Shown piece after piece: positions 7,777 to 15,843 of a DNA stretch of 64,000 nucleotides. Under the pieces are notes generated by a model. The model was not told where the DNA came from. It made no database searches and worked only from the letters and a program-made list of their open reading frames with translations. Position 1 is the stretch's first letter. Each line of letters begins with the position of its first letter. Origin of the DNA: a virus. The translations under genes and the position numbers were made by a program. The stretch is taken from the IMG/VR virus record IMGVR_UViG_3300032287_003731, positions 1-64,000 of that record. One strand, written 5' to 3'.

Positions 7777-8960
7777 AGTATTATATCTTTTCTATTTATC
7801 CATTCTCCATCTTTATTTACAGGCCAGTAAACCCACTTATATGGTTTAGTAAATGATTTAAAATGTATCTGTAAGTTTGGAGTATATTCTGTTAAATCAA
7901 ACCTATATATTACTTCTTCTTTTTCATTTTCAACACCAATATAAATAAAGTTAAAATCTTCTGTTGGTGGAATACTTAAAGTTAAATTATATTCTTCTTC
8001 TACTATTAAGTCCCAATCAGAATCATCATTAATAGGTGGATTAATTCCTTTTAATGTACTTGGATGTAATCTTTTATTTTTAAAATTAATACCAGCATAT
8101 AATTCATAATCGCGGTGAGTACGTACTGTACCTAAACCGTATTCATCTAAATCAATATTATTATCTTCTTCTTGTAACATATGACGTAAACGGCGTTTAC
8201 TATCATTATCTATTTCCCACCATGGTTTTTCTACATTATTAGCTGGGGTAAAATCATCCCAATGTTTAGTTCTACCTTCACGAGTATACTCATGCCATAT
8301 TATTGTTTTATGGGGATGAAATAAATCATATCCTAATGTATATGATCTAATTGATAAACTAATTTCATCACCAGCAAAATAAATATTAGGATCGTATTTA
8401 TATTCTTCACAGTGAATACCTAGTGTAAAGAAAAAATGACCACTAACAAATCTAGCAGGAATAGGAGCAGTTAATGTTTCCCAATCAGGTATAGTATGAG
8501 GTCTAAATAATATAGTGCCACCTGATGTAAAGTTAGAGGCAACCATTTTATATGGCTCTATATTCAATAATTCATTATTGAGAGGACGATACATTCCTGC
8601 ATACGAAGTAATAATAGGTTTAGGTGAATTAGTTAATTGCATCATTTCAATTAACTCTTCATCCCAATCTTGTAAGAAACGATGATGTGAATCTAATTGT
8701 AAAGTATATTTTTCACCTTTCCATAATTTTTGAATTAAACTTCTAGCCCAACATAATCCTTTACTTTCACTCCAATGTTTATCTATTATAGTAAAACGAG
8801 AATCACTAGCAAATTCAGCTAGCGATTCTGTTTCACTTCGTTGCCAACAAATACCAAATGTAAGACGCTCAGGGTATTTAGCTTTAGCTATACAATCTCT
8901 AATTGTAGGAATCAATTCAGGATCTCTATAACTAGCTATCTGAACGAATATTTTATCCAT
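7773..8960 (-). CDS. GlcNAc-transferase-like glycosyltransferase (GT60/Skp1 GlcNAcT-like); likely start MDKIFVQI at 8960
   Basis: IFVQIASYRDPEL, GLCWARS, LQLDSHHRF, FAGDEIS..RSYT.G.DLFHP. Confidence 0.85.
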   Translation of the reverse strand: MDKIFVQIASYRDPELIPTIRDCIAKAKYPERLTFGICWQRSETESLAEFASDSRFTIIDKHWSESKGLCWARSLIQKLWKGEKYTLQLDSHHRFLQDWDEELIEMMQLTNSPKPIITSYAGMYRPLNNELLNIEPYKMVASNFTSGGTILFRPHTIPDWETLTAPIPARFVSGHFFFTLGIHCEEYKYDPNIYFAGDEISLSIRSYTLGYDLFHPHKTIIWHEYTREGRTKHWDDFTPANNVEKPWWEIDNDSKRRLRHMLQEEDNNIDLDEYGLGTVRTHRDYELYAGINFKNKRLHPSTLKGINPPINDDSDWDLIVEEEYNLTLSIPPTEDFNFIYIGVENEKEEVIYRFDLTEYTPNLQIHFKSFTKPYKWVYWPVNKDGEWINRKDIIL

Positions 8961-9480
8961 TTCTTTGTTTATCATTTTGCCACTGTCCATCATACATTTC
9001 GGCTGGTGTGCATTCGTAGAAGTAAATTTGAGCTACCCGAGCATCTTTTTCAATGAATATAGGCTCAAATACATAAAGTAATGTACCCATATTCTCTGTT
9101 TTAAATCCAGGATCAAATACTGGGCTATTAATGATAGCTCCGTTGCGGTAAAGTGAAGAGCGTTGTTTAATAAATGCTACTCTATTACTTGGAATAGTAC
9201 AGCCTTCATTAAAAGTAATATCGTATACACCTTCATATAACAACCATCCTTCATAACCATCTAATTTAATAGGTTCTATTGGCTTATATGTAGTTAATTC
9301 AGTTTTATCTTTTAATACTTTACCGATTTTACCATCAGCATGATAAACATTTGCACTAATTTTATTACCTATTTTTTGTACTGCTTTTAAACTAAGATCA
9401 AAACCTACTTGTGCTGGTTTGCCTTTAGTGTGTTCTAGTTTTAATAGATTTTCTTCTAGTATTTGATTTACATTTAACAT
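8953..9480 (-). CDS. Trimeric dUTPase/dCTP deaminase family protein
   Basis: GFDLSL, QRSSLYRNG, SPVFDPGF, RVAQI, YDGQWQ motifs. Confidence 0.85.
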   Translation of the reverse strand: MLNVNQILEENLLKLEHTKGKPAQVGFDLSLKAVQKIGNKISANVYHADGKIGKVLKDKTELTTYKPIEPIKLDGYEGWLLYEGVYDITFNEGCTIPSNRVAFIKQRSSLYRNGAIINSPVFDPGFKTENMGTLLYVFEPIFIEKDARVAQIYFYECTPAEMYDGQWQNDKQRNG

Positions 9481-9500
9481 AACATTGATTTTTAAATAGA

Positions 9501-9539
9501 GATAGGCGAAAGATAATTAAATCTTTTCGCCTATCCAAA
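9501..9539 (-). promoter_or_regulatory. Host-type promoter overlapping an 11-bp-stem hairpin (possible terminator of the upstream gene)
   Basis: TTTG-N20-TATCTTTC; gataggcgaaa (9501-9511) pairs with tttcgcctatc (9525-9535). Confidence 0.6.
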
Positions 9540-9554
9540 TTAAACTAAATTAAA

Positions 9555-9884
9555 TTATTTTTTAGTTTTTTTAACGATTGTTGGTTTTGAAGCTTCAACT
9601 ACTACGGGCTCTTCTACCTTAACTGGTTCTTCAACAGCAACAACTGGTTCTTCAGTAGTAACTGTCTCTTCAACAGCAGTAGATTTAGGAGTAAATACTT
9701 CTACAAGCATTTTTAAAGGTCCATCAGGTAAGAATCGACCAATAACAGCTACAGCTGCTGCTATTAAAGCGTTTACTAATGTTACTTCACCAGTAGTAAG
9801 TTGTTCTTGTAATACTACAAAAAAAGCAGCTAAAATACCAACAATAGATGTAACTGGAGAGTCACCTAAAATTTTCTTAAACAT
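9555..9884 (-). CDS. Small membrane protein, possible holin
   Basis: Two hydrophobic segments, acidic EEPV-repeat tail, basic C-terminus; preceded by the late motif. Confidence 0.45.
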   Translation of the reverse strand: MFKKILGDSPVTSIVGILAAFFVVLQEQLTTGEVTLVNALIAAAVAVIGRFLPDGPLKMLVEVFTPKSTAVEETVTTEEPVVAVEEPVKVEEPVVVEASKPTIVKKTKK

Positions 9885-9920
9885 AATTTATAAATTTGAT
9901 TTCCAATAAATATATTAAAA

Positions 9921-10649
9921 TTAGCAATAAGCTTGAAGATTTAATTTAAGCATTTCAAGTACTTCTTGTTTAGCTGTTTTATTATGATCAGCAAACACAC
10001 CGCTTATTTCACTTGTAACCATACTAGCACCCCAATGTTTTACACCCCTACAGGATACGCAATTGTGTGTGCTATGTACTATTACCATTACTCCTATGTT
10101 ACCTTCACAAATATTATTTATAGCGTTATGAATAGCTACAGTAAGTTGTTCTTGAATAGCTCCTCTACGTGCAAAATGTTCTACTACTCTATTTAGTTTA
10201 GATAGTCCAACTACTTTACCATCTTTACCTGGGATATAGGCAATGTGTGCTTTTCCTAAAATGGCTTGATGATGATGGGAGCACATAGACACAATAGGGA
10301 TATCACGTTCTAAAACAATACCTGTATATCCATCACTAGGAAAAGCAGTAATATCTGATGGTAATTCATATCTACCCTTCCATAGATCAAATACATAAGC
10401 TTTAGCCACACGATGAGGAGTTTCCATACTGTTTGGATCATTTTTCCAATCAACACCCAATGCTGTAAGAAAATTACCATAAGCTATTTCAGCTTCATCT
10501 ACAATTTTCCATTTTTCATCATCAGTAAGTGAACGATGATAACCATCCTCAATAAGAGAAGCCAAATAAGTTGAAATACCATTTGCAAAACCAGGTTGTG
10601 CTGTTTCTAATGCCTCAACATTAGCAATTTTTCTACGTTTATTCTCCAT
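9921..10649 (-). CDS. folE: GTP cyclohydrolase I
   Basis: ETPHRVAK, SMCSHH, GLSKLNRVV..FARR..IQEQLT, HNCVSCRG. Confidence 0.96.
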   Translation of the reverse strand: MENKRRKIANVEALETAQPGFANGISTYLASLIEDGYHRSLTDDEKWKIVDEAEIAYGNFLTALGVDWKNDPNSMETPHRVAKAYVFDLWKGRYELPSDITAFPSDGYTGIVLERDIPIVSMCSHHHQAILGKAHIAYIPGKDGKVVGLSKLNRVVEHFARRGAIQEQLTVAIHNAINNICEGNIGVMVIVHSTHNCVSCRGVKHWGASMVTSEISGVFADHNKTAKQEVLEMLKLNLQAYC

Positions 10650-10806
10650 ATTCTTCTTTATACATTATTTTAAAATAACATTTTTCACATAATTGACCTG
10701 CACCTTCGACATAATAATTTCTTTTATCTATATGATCCGATTTAAGATAAGTAGTATCTTCATCGCAGATCATACAATACTCTTTTTCATCGATTAGTTT
10801 TTTCAT
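10639..10806 (-). CDS. Small Cys-rich (CxxC...CxxC) hypothetical protein
   Basis: CMIC...YYVEGAGQLCEKC; likely start MKKLIDEK. Confidence 0.65.
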   Translation of the reverse strand: MKKLIDEKEYCMICDEDTTYLKSDHIDKRNYYVEGAGQLCEKCYFKIMYKEEYGE

Positions 10807-10906
10807 TTTTATCGTTTTTATCAGCAAACCAAACAGCTATTTTTAATAAAAATAAAGGAAAAGCTGCTATTATTATTAAACCTGCTGTTAGATATACTAT
10901 TTTCAA
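10787..10906 (-). CDS. Unannotated 39-aa single-pass membrane peptide
   Basis: Manual translation from TTG: MKIVYLTAGLIIIAAFPLFLLKIAVWFADKNDKNEKTNR; fills the gap between neighbouring genes. Confidence 0.45.
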   Translation of the reverse strand: MKIVYLTAGLIIIAAFPLFLLKIAVWFADKNDKNEKTNR

Positions 10907-10908
10907 TG

Positions 10909-11268
10909 TTATTTCTTTTTATTATGTGCTATTGGTTTTCCATTTTCATCTAACAATACAAATACAATTTTTTCAACTTTAATAATAGTTTGTTTAGTAT
11001 CTTTATTTCGTACTTCGCATACAATAGTAATAGATGTTGTACCTACAGACACTAAATCACATCCTATTTCAATAATATCACCTATCTTAGCTGAAGATAC
11101 GAAATTAATTTCGCTCATTGCCTTAGTAACTATATTTGTTTTATTTAGTTGGCAAATAGCAAATATAACTGCTTCTTCGTCTATCCATTTTAAAACTTGT
11201 CCACCAAATAAAGTACCTCTAGCATTTAAATCGCTCGGTTTAATTAGTTTTCTAGTTCTAAATTTCAT
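10909..11268 (-). CDS. Hotdog-fold acyl-CoA thioesterase
   Basis: PSDLNARGTLFGGQVLKWIDE..., VGTTSITI, FVLLDENGKP. Confidence 0.9.
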   Translation of the reverse strand: MKFRTRKLIKPSDLNARGTLFGGQVLKWIDEEAVIFAICQLNKTNIVTKAMSEINFVSSAKIGDIIEIGCDLVSVGTTSITIVCEVRNKDTKQTIIKVEKIVFVLLDENGKPIAHNKKK

Positions 11269-12140
11269 TATACATTTAGTGTTTTATCCCAAGCTGAAAT
11301 ATGTAAACGAGTTAAACCACGGAATTTGTATTTTTTAGCCATTTCTAATACAAATTGAGTACGCTCATGGAAATTATCTTGACTATCTAATCCTGGCATA
11401 CAAACCACTTTGGAAAGCGGTATACTAAATTCATCAACAAAGTCACGTAGTAGTTCATTAACATCTTCTTCATTTGATATAACAAATTTAAACTGATAGC
11501 ATCTATGTTCCATTATACGCTTTATAGCGTCGGGTACTATACGTTGTTTAGCTGGTAAGCCTGAATTAGATAGTTTAGGTGAGCAGTTGATTTGGTCTAA
11601 TTGAATCCAAAGCGGATGGTCAATATAAACGGTACCATTTGTTTCTATTTCACTAAACGCTGTGATTTTATCTGTTTGTACTAAACCACCTGAATATATT
11701 ACATTAATAGATGGGTCTATAGATTTCCAATACCAAATAAAATTTCTAATTGCTTCCTGATGTTCTTTAATTGTAGGTTCACCACCAGTCCAAATAATAT
11801 GAATAGTACCATTCTTAATATCATCGTAGATACCTTGTTCTTTCCAACGATCAATTAGATATTGAAAATCTTTATCTTCACCCCTCCATAGCCACTGACT
11901 TGTAGAATCACAAGTCCAAGTTGCTTTACCTTCTGCTTGTAAATCACCTACGAATATTTCTCCATCTTCTAAATTCTGCTCTTTAGCTAATTGATTAGCG
12001 AATACTCTACTCATACCGCAAGTTAGGTTACAAACACCTAAACGAACAAAGTATGATGGTACTCCGCTACTTATACCTTCGCCTTGTACACTATAGAAGT
12101 CTGAACTTATAAGTAATTTATTTAGATTGATCTTGCTCAT
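11268..12140 (-). CDS. queE: 7-carboxy-7-deazaguanine synthase (radical SAM), atypical Cys spacing
   Basis: FYSVQGEG, FVRLGVCNLTC...WTCDS, TGGEP, IETNGT, CSPK, FKFVI, RLHI. Confidence 0.92.
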   Translation of the reverse strand: MSKINLNKLLISSDFYSVQGEGISSGVPSYFVRLGVCNLTCGMSRVFANQLAKEQNLEDGEIFVGDLQAEGKATWTCDSTSQWLWRGEDKDFQYLIDRWKEQGIYDDIKNGTIHIIWTGGEPTIKEHQEAIRNFIWYWKSIDPSINVIYSGGLVQTDKITAFSEIETNGTVYIDHPLWIQLDQINCSPKLSNSGLPAKQRIVPDAIKRIMEHRCYQFKFVISNEEDVNELLRDFVDEFSIPLSKVVCMPGLDSQDNFHERTQFVLEMAKKYKFRGLTRLHISAWDKTLNV

Positions 12141-12339
12141 TAATATATGATTTATATTTTTCTTTATCTATTACTATCATTTTAGTAGGAGCAGGTGCAC
12201 CAGTAAAGGGACAGTAATTAATTTGAGTTGCATACTCTTCATTATGTGCCCACATTTTTCCTTCTTTATCTATTTCTATGTGAGTTATTGCTTGACCCCA
12301 CATTTTATTAGGCGCTCTATATTCTAAATTCTGCTGCAT
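12118..12339 (-). CDS. Hypothetical protein
   Basis: 73-aa ORF containing YCPFTG; host-type promoter TTTG-N20-TATATTTA at 12368-12399. Confidence 0.65.
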   Translation of the reverse strand: MQQNLEYRAPNKMWGQAITHIEIDKEGKMWAHNEEYATQINYCPFTGAPAPTKMIVIDKEKYKSYINEQDQSK

Positions 12340-12341
12340 GG

Positions 12342-12464
12342 TTATTTCTTAGTATATTTTATATAATTAAATATAAAATTTAAATTTGGCCATTCCAAAA
12401 TTCCTAAAATACTAATGTGATGTTCACCGCATAAACCTAACGTGTGTTCAATTAAATGTATCAT
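12342..12464 (-). CDS. Unannotated 40-aa His/Cys-rich peptide
   Basis: Manual translation MIHLIEHTLGLCGEHHISILGILEWPNLNFIFNYIKYTKK; fills the intergenic gap. Confidence 0.5.
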   Translation of the reverse strand: MIHLIEHTLGLCGEHHISILGILEWPNLNFIFNYIKYTKK

Positions 12465-12474
12465 ATTGATAAAA

Positions 12475-12509
12475 TAAAAAACATCCCCACCAATTAAGGT
12501 GAGGATGTT
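12475..12509 (-). terminator. Intrinsic terminator
   Basis: Coding strand AACATCCTCACC-loop-GGTGGGGATGTT followed by a T-tract. Confidence 0.75.
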
Positions 12510-12520
12510 GAGGACGTGAA

Positions 12521-12748
12521 TTAAACAAACTCACTGTTTTCTACACGACGACGAGATACTTTATACATCTCATTTGCCATTACTTGAGGAACGGAACGAC
12601 GACCTGCTACTACGTTACATACATGAGACTCCGAATATCCAGTACCGTCAGCAATACGTGTCAAATCTCCTTTACGTTGACGAGCCTTGAAAAAATTAAG
12701 TTTTTCAATACTGTTCAATCTTGTATTTTTTGTTTGTTGTTTACTCAT
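12521..12748 (-). CDS. Small basic helix-turn-helix DNA-binding protein
   Basis: LTRIADGTGYSESHVCNVVAGRR HTH pattern; own promoter (TTTG-N20-TAACTTCA, 12775-12806) and terminator. Confidence 0.7.
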   Translation of the reverse strand: MSKQQTKNTRLNSIEKLNFFKARQRKGDLTRIADGTGYSESHVCNVVAGRRSVPQVMANEMYKVSRRRVENSEFV

Positions 12749-12787
12749 AACTAAAGTTTAAATTTTTATATATTTGAAGTTAAAATT

Positions 12788-13657
12788 TTATTTTGCCCTC
12801 TCCAAAACTTTCTCTACATGTGCTTTAGCTACTTCCCAAGACACAGGACCACTTAAATCAGCATAATTTACAGGATCAGGACGACCAAGTTTAATAAATG
12901 CTTCAATACGTTCTACTGATGATGCTGATTTATAGTCTGAGTACCATTTCCCGTCTATAATATTTCTATTATTACCTCCATCACCGTCAATCCATATTGG
13001 TTTATAACTTGTATTAGTTCTACTGTATACCTCGTTAAAATCAAGATTAAGTTTTTCACAGCACTCTAATCCATCTTGTAATATACCGAACTTATCAGTA
13101 TGTAAATAAGGTGTATAAATATTTACTAAGTCAGAATCCCAATTACCAATTCTAAATGCTTCCATATCGGCATCTCTAAACTCTTGACGGCAGTCAGGAT
13201 AAATAGCATGATCACCTGCATGAATTCCAAGTGCAATATTTACTCCTTGTCTTACATCGCAATCATCATCTACGGGTTTAGTAGCAAGTGATAATGCTAC
13301 TGCCTGGATAAGTGAACTGAAGATTTTATTGCGATTAGGAACAACAGTTTCTTTCATATTTTCTTGCTCATAATGTCCTTCAGGGACATCATCTCCACCT
13401 TCAACTAATGCTGAGTTAAGTAGTTGTTGTAATCCATCTAGTTTAATAATTTGATGTCTTAATGGGAAATAATAGTCATTATTCCAATTAGTGTTTAGAT
13501 ATCTAATTAATGATGCAGCACGTTCAAGTTCAACACGATGTTTTTGTCCATAATCAAAAGATAAAGCTGTAACTTCATAGCCATTGGCGAGTAGATGAAG
13601 CAGCAATGTAGAGCTATCCATACCTCCACTTAAAGATAATACTGCTTGTTTTTTCAT
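12788..13657 (-). CDS. queC: 7-cyano-7-deazaguanine (preQ0) synthase lacking the Zn-binding cysteines
   Basis: SLSGGMDS PP-loop, FDYGQKH, VPNRN, YPDCR, ERIEAF. Confidence 0.95.
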   Translation of the reverse strand: MKKQAVLSLSGGMDSSTLLLHLLANGYEVTALSFDYGQKHRVELERAASLIRYLNTNWNNDYYFPLRHQIIKLDGLQQLLNSALVEGGDDVPEGHYEQENMKETVVPNRNKIFSSLIQAVALSLATKPVDDDCDVRQGVNIALGIHAGDHAIYPDCRQEFRDADMEAFRIGNWDSDLVNIYTPYLHTDKFGILQDGLECCEKLNLDFNEVYSRTNTSYKPIWIDGDGGNNRNIIDGKWYSDYKSASSVERIEAFIKLGRPDPVNYADLSGPVSWEVAKAHVEKVLERAK

Positions 13658-14454
13658 TTTATATAACTTTTAAATTTTTGTATGTTAAATTTAATATCTT
13701 CAAGTTGCCCACTCAAGTCTTTATCAAAAAATTCTTCTATTTTTTCTTTAGGTTTATCTTTAAGACCATTGTCTTTATATCTTATTCCTAAAGCACCATT
13801 AATTATAGGACTAGAAGTATCTATTGATTTTAAACAATCATATTTAAATATATCATTACTTTTATATAACATTATTTCTTGAGGTAATGAACATCCTAAT
13901 AAATGATGATAATAAGATTGATTCATTGTATTAGTTTCTAATAACTTATTTATTAGATAATGTCTACCTACCATTTGTTTATCTAATGTAGATATATTAG
14001 CTCCTATTGTTTGATAAGCAGCAGATGAATGATTAAAAGCTATATGTTTATATCCTAAATCAACTAATATTTGATATGTAGTTAATAATTCACCAAAATT
14101 ATTTCCTTGAAGTACAGCCATTAACGCTGTTTTTTCAGGTAAATATTTTTTATAATTTACAACCCAATGTTTAGCATTACGAAGAGTAATTGATGAATCA
14201 TTCCAAGCATCAGGTACAATGAATATATCTGGTTGTAGCCATTCAATTTTAGATAATAAATCTTCTGTTGTATGTGTTATTCCTTCAAATAACCCATTGT
14301 CCATAATAATAAAACGTTTATCTAAATATGCTTTTTGAAAGAATAATTTATAATATTCTGATTTATCTAATAAATGGGGTAAACAATATTCATAATCATT
14401 CCATTCATAACTATAATCCATCAATGAAGGTGGAAGTTCATGTGAAACTTTCAT
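13654..14454 (-). CDS. TGT-fold protein, putative DNA 7-deazaguanine transglycosylase (DpdA-like)
   Basis: IIMDNG, IVPD, MAVLQG, HHLLG and SIDTSS match the TGT barrel motif order; embedded in the que cluster. Confidence 0.7.
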   Translation of the reverse strand: MKVSHELPPSLMDYSYEWNDYEYCLPHLLDKSEYYKLFFQKAYLDKRFIIMDNGLFEGITHTTEDLLSKIEWLQPDIFIVPDAWNDSSITLRNAKHWVVNYKKYLPEKTALMAVLQGNNFGELLTTYQILVDLGYKHIAFNHSSAAYQTIGANISTLDKQMVGRHYLINKLLETNTMNQSYYHHLLGCSLPQEIMLYKSNDIFKYDCLKSIDTSSPIINGALGIRYKDNGLKDKPKEKIEEFFDKDLSGQLEDIKFNIQKFKSYIK

Positions 14455-14666
14455 AACGATATTTTCTTTTTTAATTTATCAATTTGAATTTGACAATACC
14501 ACTTACCTAACCAATTAGATGCTTTAGCATACTTTTTAGTCCATTTATTTATTTTTTTATAAGTAGACACATCTATTTTAATATCAGTTTCATCCCAGTG
14601 TCCTTCAGTATAATGTGGGTATATATGTTTTTTTCTATTCTTCATATATAGCGGTATTTTTTTCAT
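14451..14666 (-). CDS. Hypothetical protein
   Basis: Basic 71-aa ORF overlapping both neighbours. Confidence 0.5.
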   Translation of the reverse strand: MKKIPLYMKNRKKHIYPHYTEGHWDETDIKIDVSTYKKINKWTKKYAKASNWLGKWYCQIQIDKLKKKISL

Positions 14667-15099
14667 GTTCTCTTACTTCCACTTGTTTTATCTTAACTCT
14701 TCCATTAGAATCACTTATAACCCATGGATTAAGTTTATTATAAATATACTCAGCAAACTTCTCACACCCAACAGCGGGAATTATCCTTAATTGAATAATA
14801 CCTAATTGATCCATTGTTTTAAATCCACCAATTCCAGGATCATCTTCTGCTATAATTGTAGTATGATCAAACATATAATCCATCCACTCTTTAGGACTTA
14901 ATCCATCTATTTTGTATTGTGATCGCTTAGCATGTCCAAAATCCCAAACCCAATTACGCTCATCTAATTCACCTTCAAACCATACTCTAAATGATATCCC
15001 ATAACCATGTAAAAAACGACAATGTGTTCCTTCTGCTTTCCATTGACGGAATACACAACTAAAACCGTCAAACAATTTTGTTGATATAAATTTACTCAT
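14635..15099 (-). CDS. queD: 6-carboxytetrahydropterin synthase (QueD/PTPS family), divergent
   Basis: HCRFLHGY, WVWDFG, FDHT, GCEKFAE, VEVREH. Confidence 0.85.
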   Translation of the reverse strand: MSKFISTKLFDGFSCVFRQWKAEGTHCRFLHGYGISFRVWFEGELDERNWVWDFGHAKRSQYKIDGLSPKEWMDYMFDHTTIIAEDDPGIGGFKTMDQLGIIQLRIIPAVGCEKFAEYIYNKLNPWVISDSNGRVKIKQVEVREHEKNTAIYEE

Positions 15100-15105
15100 A
15101 TTATT

Positions 15106-15318
15106 TTATTTTTCACTATTTAATTTACTATTATGATTTCCAAATAAAATAGTACATAAAATATTAATACCTATTGCTTGCCAAAGTGTTATTTTAGTAA
15201 GTCCAAAAATTGAAGGTATTAACCAATTCCATAGTAACATAACAGGAAGTCCAAGTACAATAGCAAGTATTCCTATAATTCCGGCAAATGTGAACAAAGC
15301 TTCTAGATAAGATTTCAT
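15106..15318 (-). CDS. Small membrane protein
   Basis: Hydrophobic, with LLWNWLIPSIFGL..ITLWQA motif. Confidence 0.7.
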   Translation of the reverse strand: MKSYLEALFTFAGIIGILAIVLGLPVMLLWNWLIPSIFGLTKITLWQAIGINILCTILFGNHNSKLNSEK

Positions 15319-15321
15319 TTT

Positions 15322-15648
15322 TTATTCATTTTCATTATTAAGAGATTCTATATCTATTTTTACTTCTGACAGTGATTGCTCTATTTGAGACACCATATTT
15401 AATATTTCATTTAACATTTCTATTTTATTTTCATCTGGTGTTGAATCTAAATTATCTTGTATTTCAAGTACTCGTTTATGTATTTTATCTGGATTCATTT
15501 GTATTACTTTTGTAAAAATATTATTTATTTGTTTATATTGTTCTTCTTCTGATTTTAATAAATCTTTTGATGTTTTTATTATATGATGAGTAGCAGCGTA
15601 TGCGTAACTATTTATTTCTTTATCTAACTTAGCTAAGAGTAATTTCAT
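15322..15648 (-). CDS. Hypothetical coiled-coil protein
   Basis: ORF track; helical composition. Confidence 0.55.
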   Translation of the reverse strand: MKLLLAKLDKEINSYAYAATHHIIKTSKDLLKSEEEQYKQINNIFTKVIQMNPDKIHKRVLEIQDNLDSTPDENKIEMLNEILNMVSQIEQSLSEVKIDIESLNNENE

Positions 15649-15842
15649 TTATTTTTATATTCTGGGTTTAAGTTAATAAATTCTTTTGCCAAAGCCTTAT
15701 TTTCTTTTTTATATTTTGGATCATATGGACAATGTTTACATTTATTCCCACAACAATAACCACGTTCGATATGATAGAGGGCAGTAAATACTACCCTCGT
15801 ATCATCCATATAATAATGAATATCTTTTATAAATTCAGCCAT
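15645..15842 (-). CDS. Cys-rich DUF5522-like protein
   Basis: VFTALYHIERGYCCGNKCKHCPY. Confidence 0.75.
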   Translation of the reverse strand: MAEFIKDIHYYMDDTRVVFTALYHIERGYCCGNKCKHCPYDPKYKKENKALAKEFINLNPEYKNK

Positions 15843-15843
15843 A

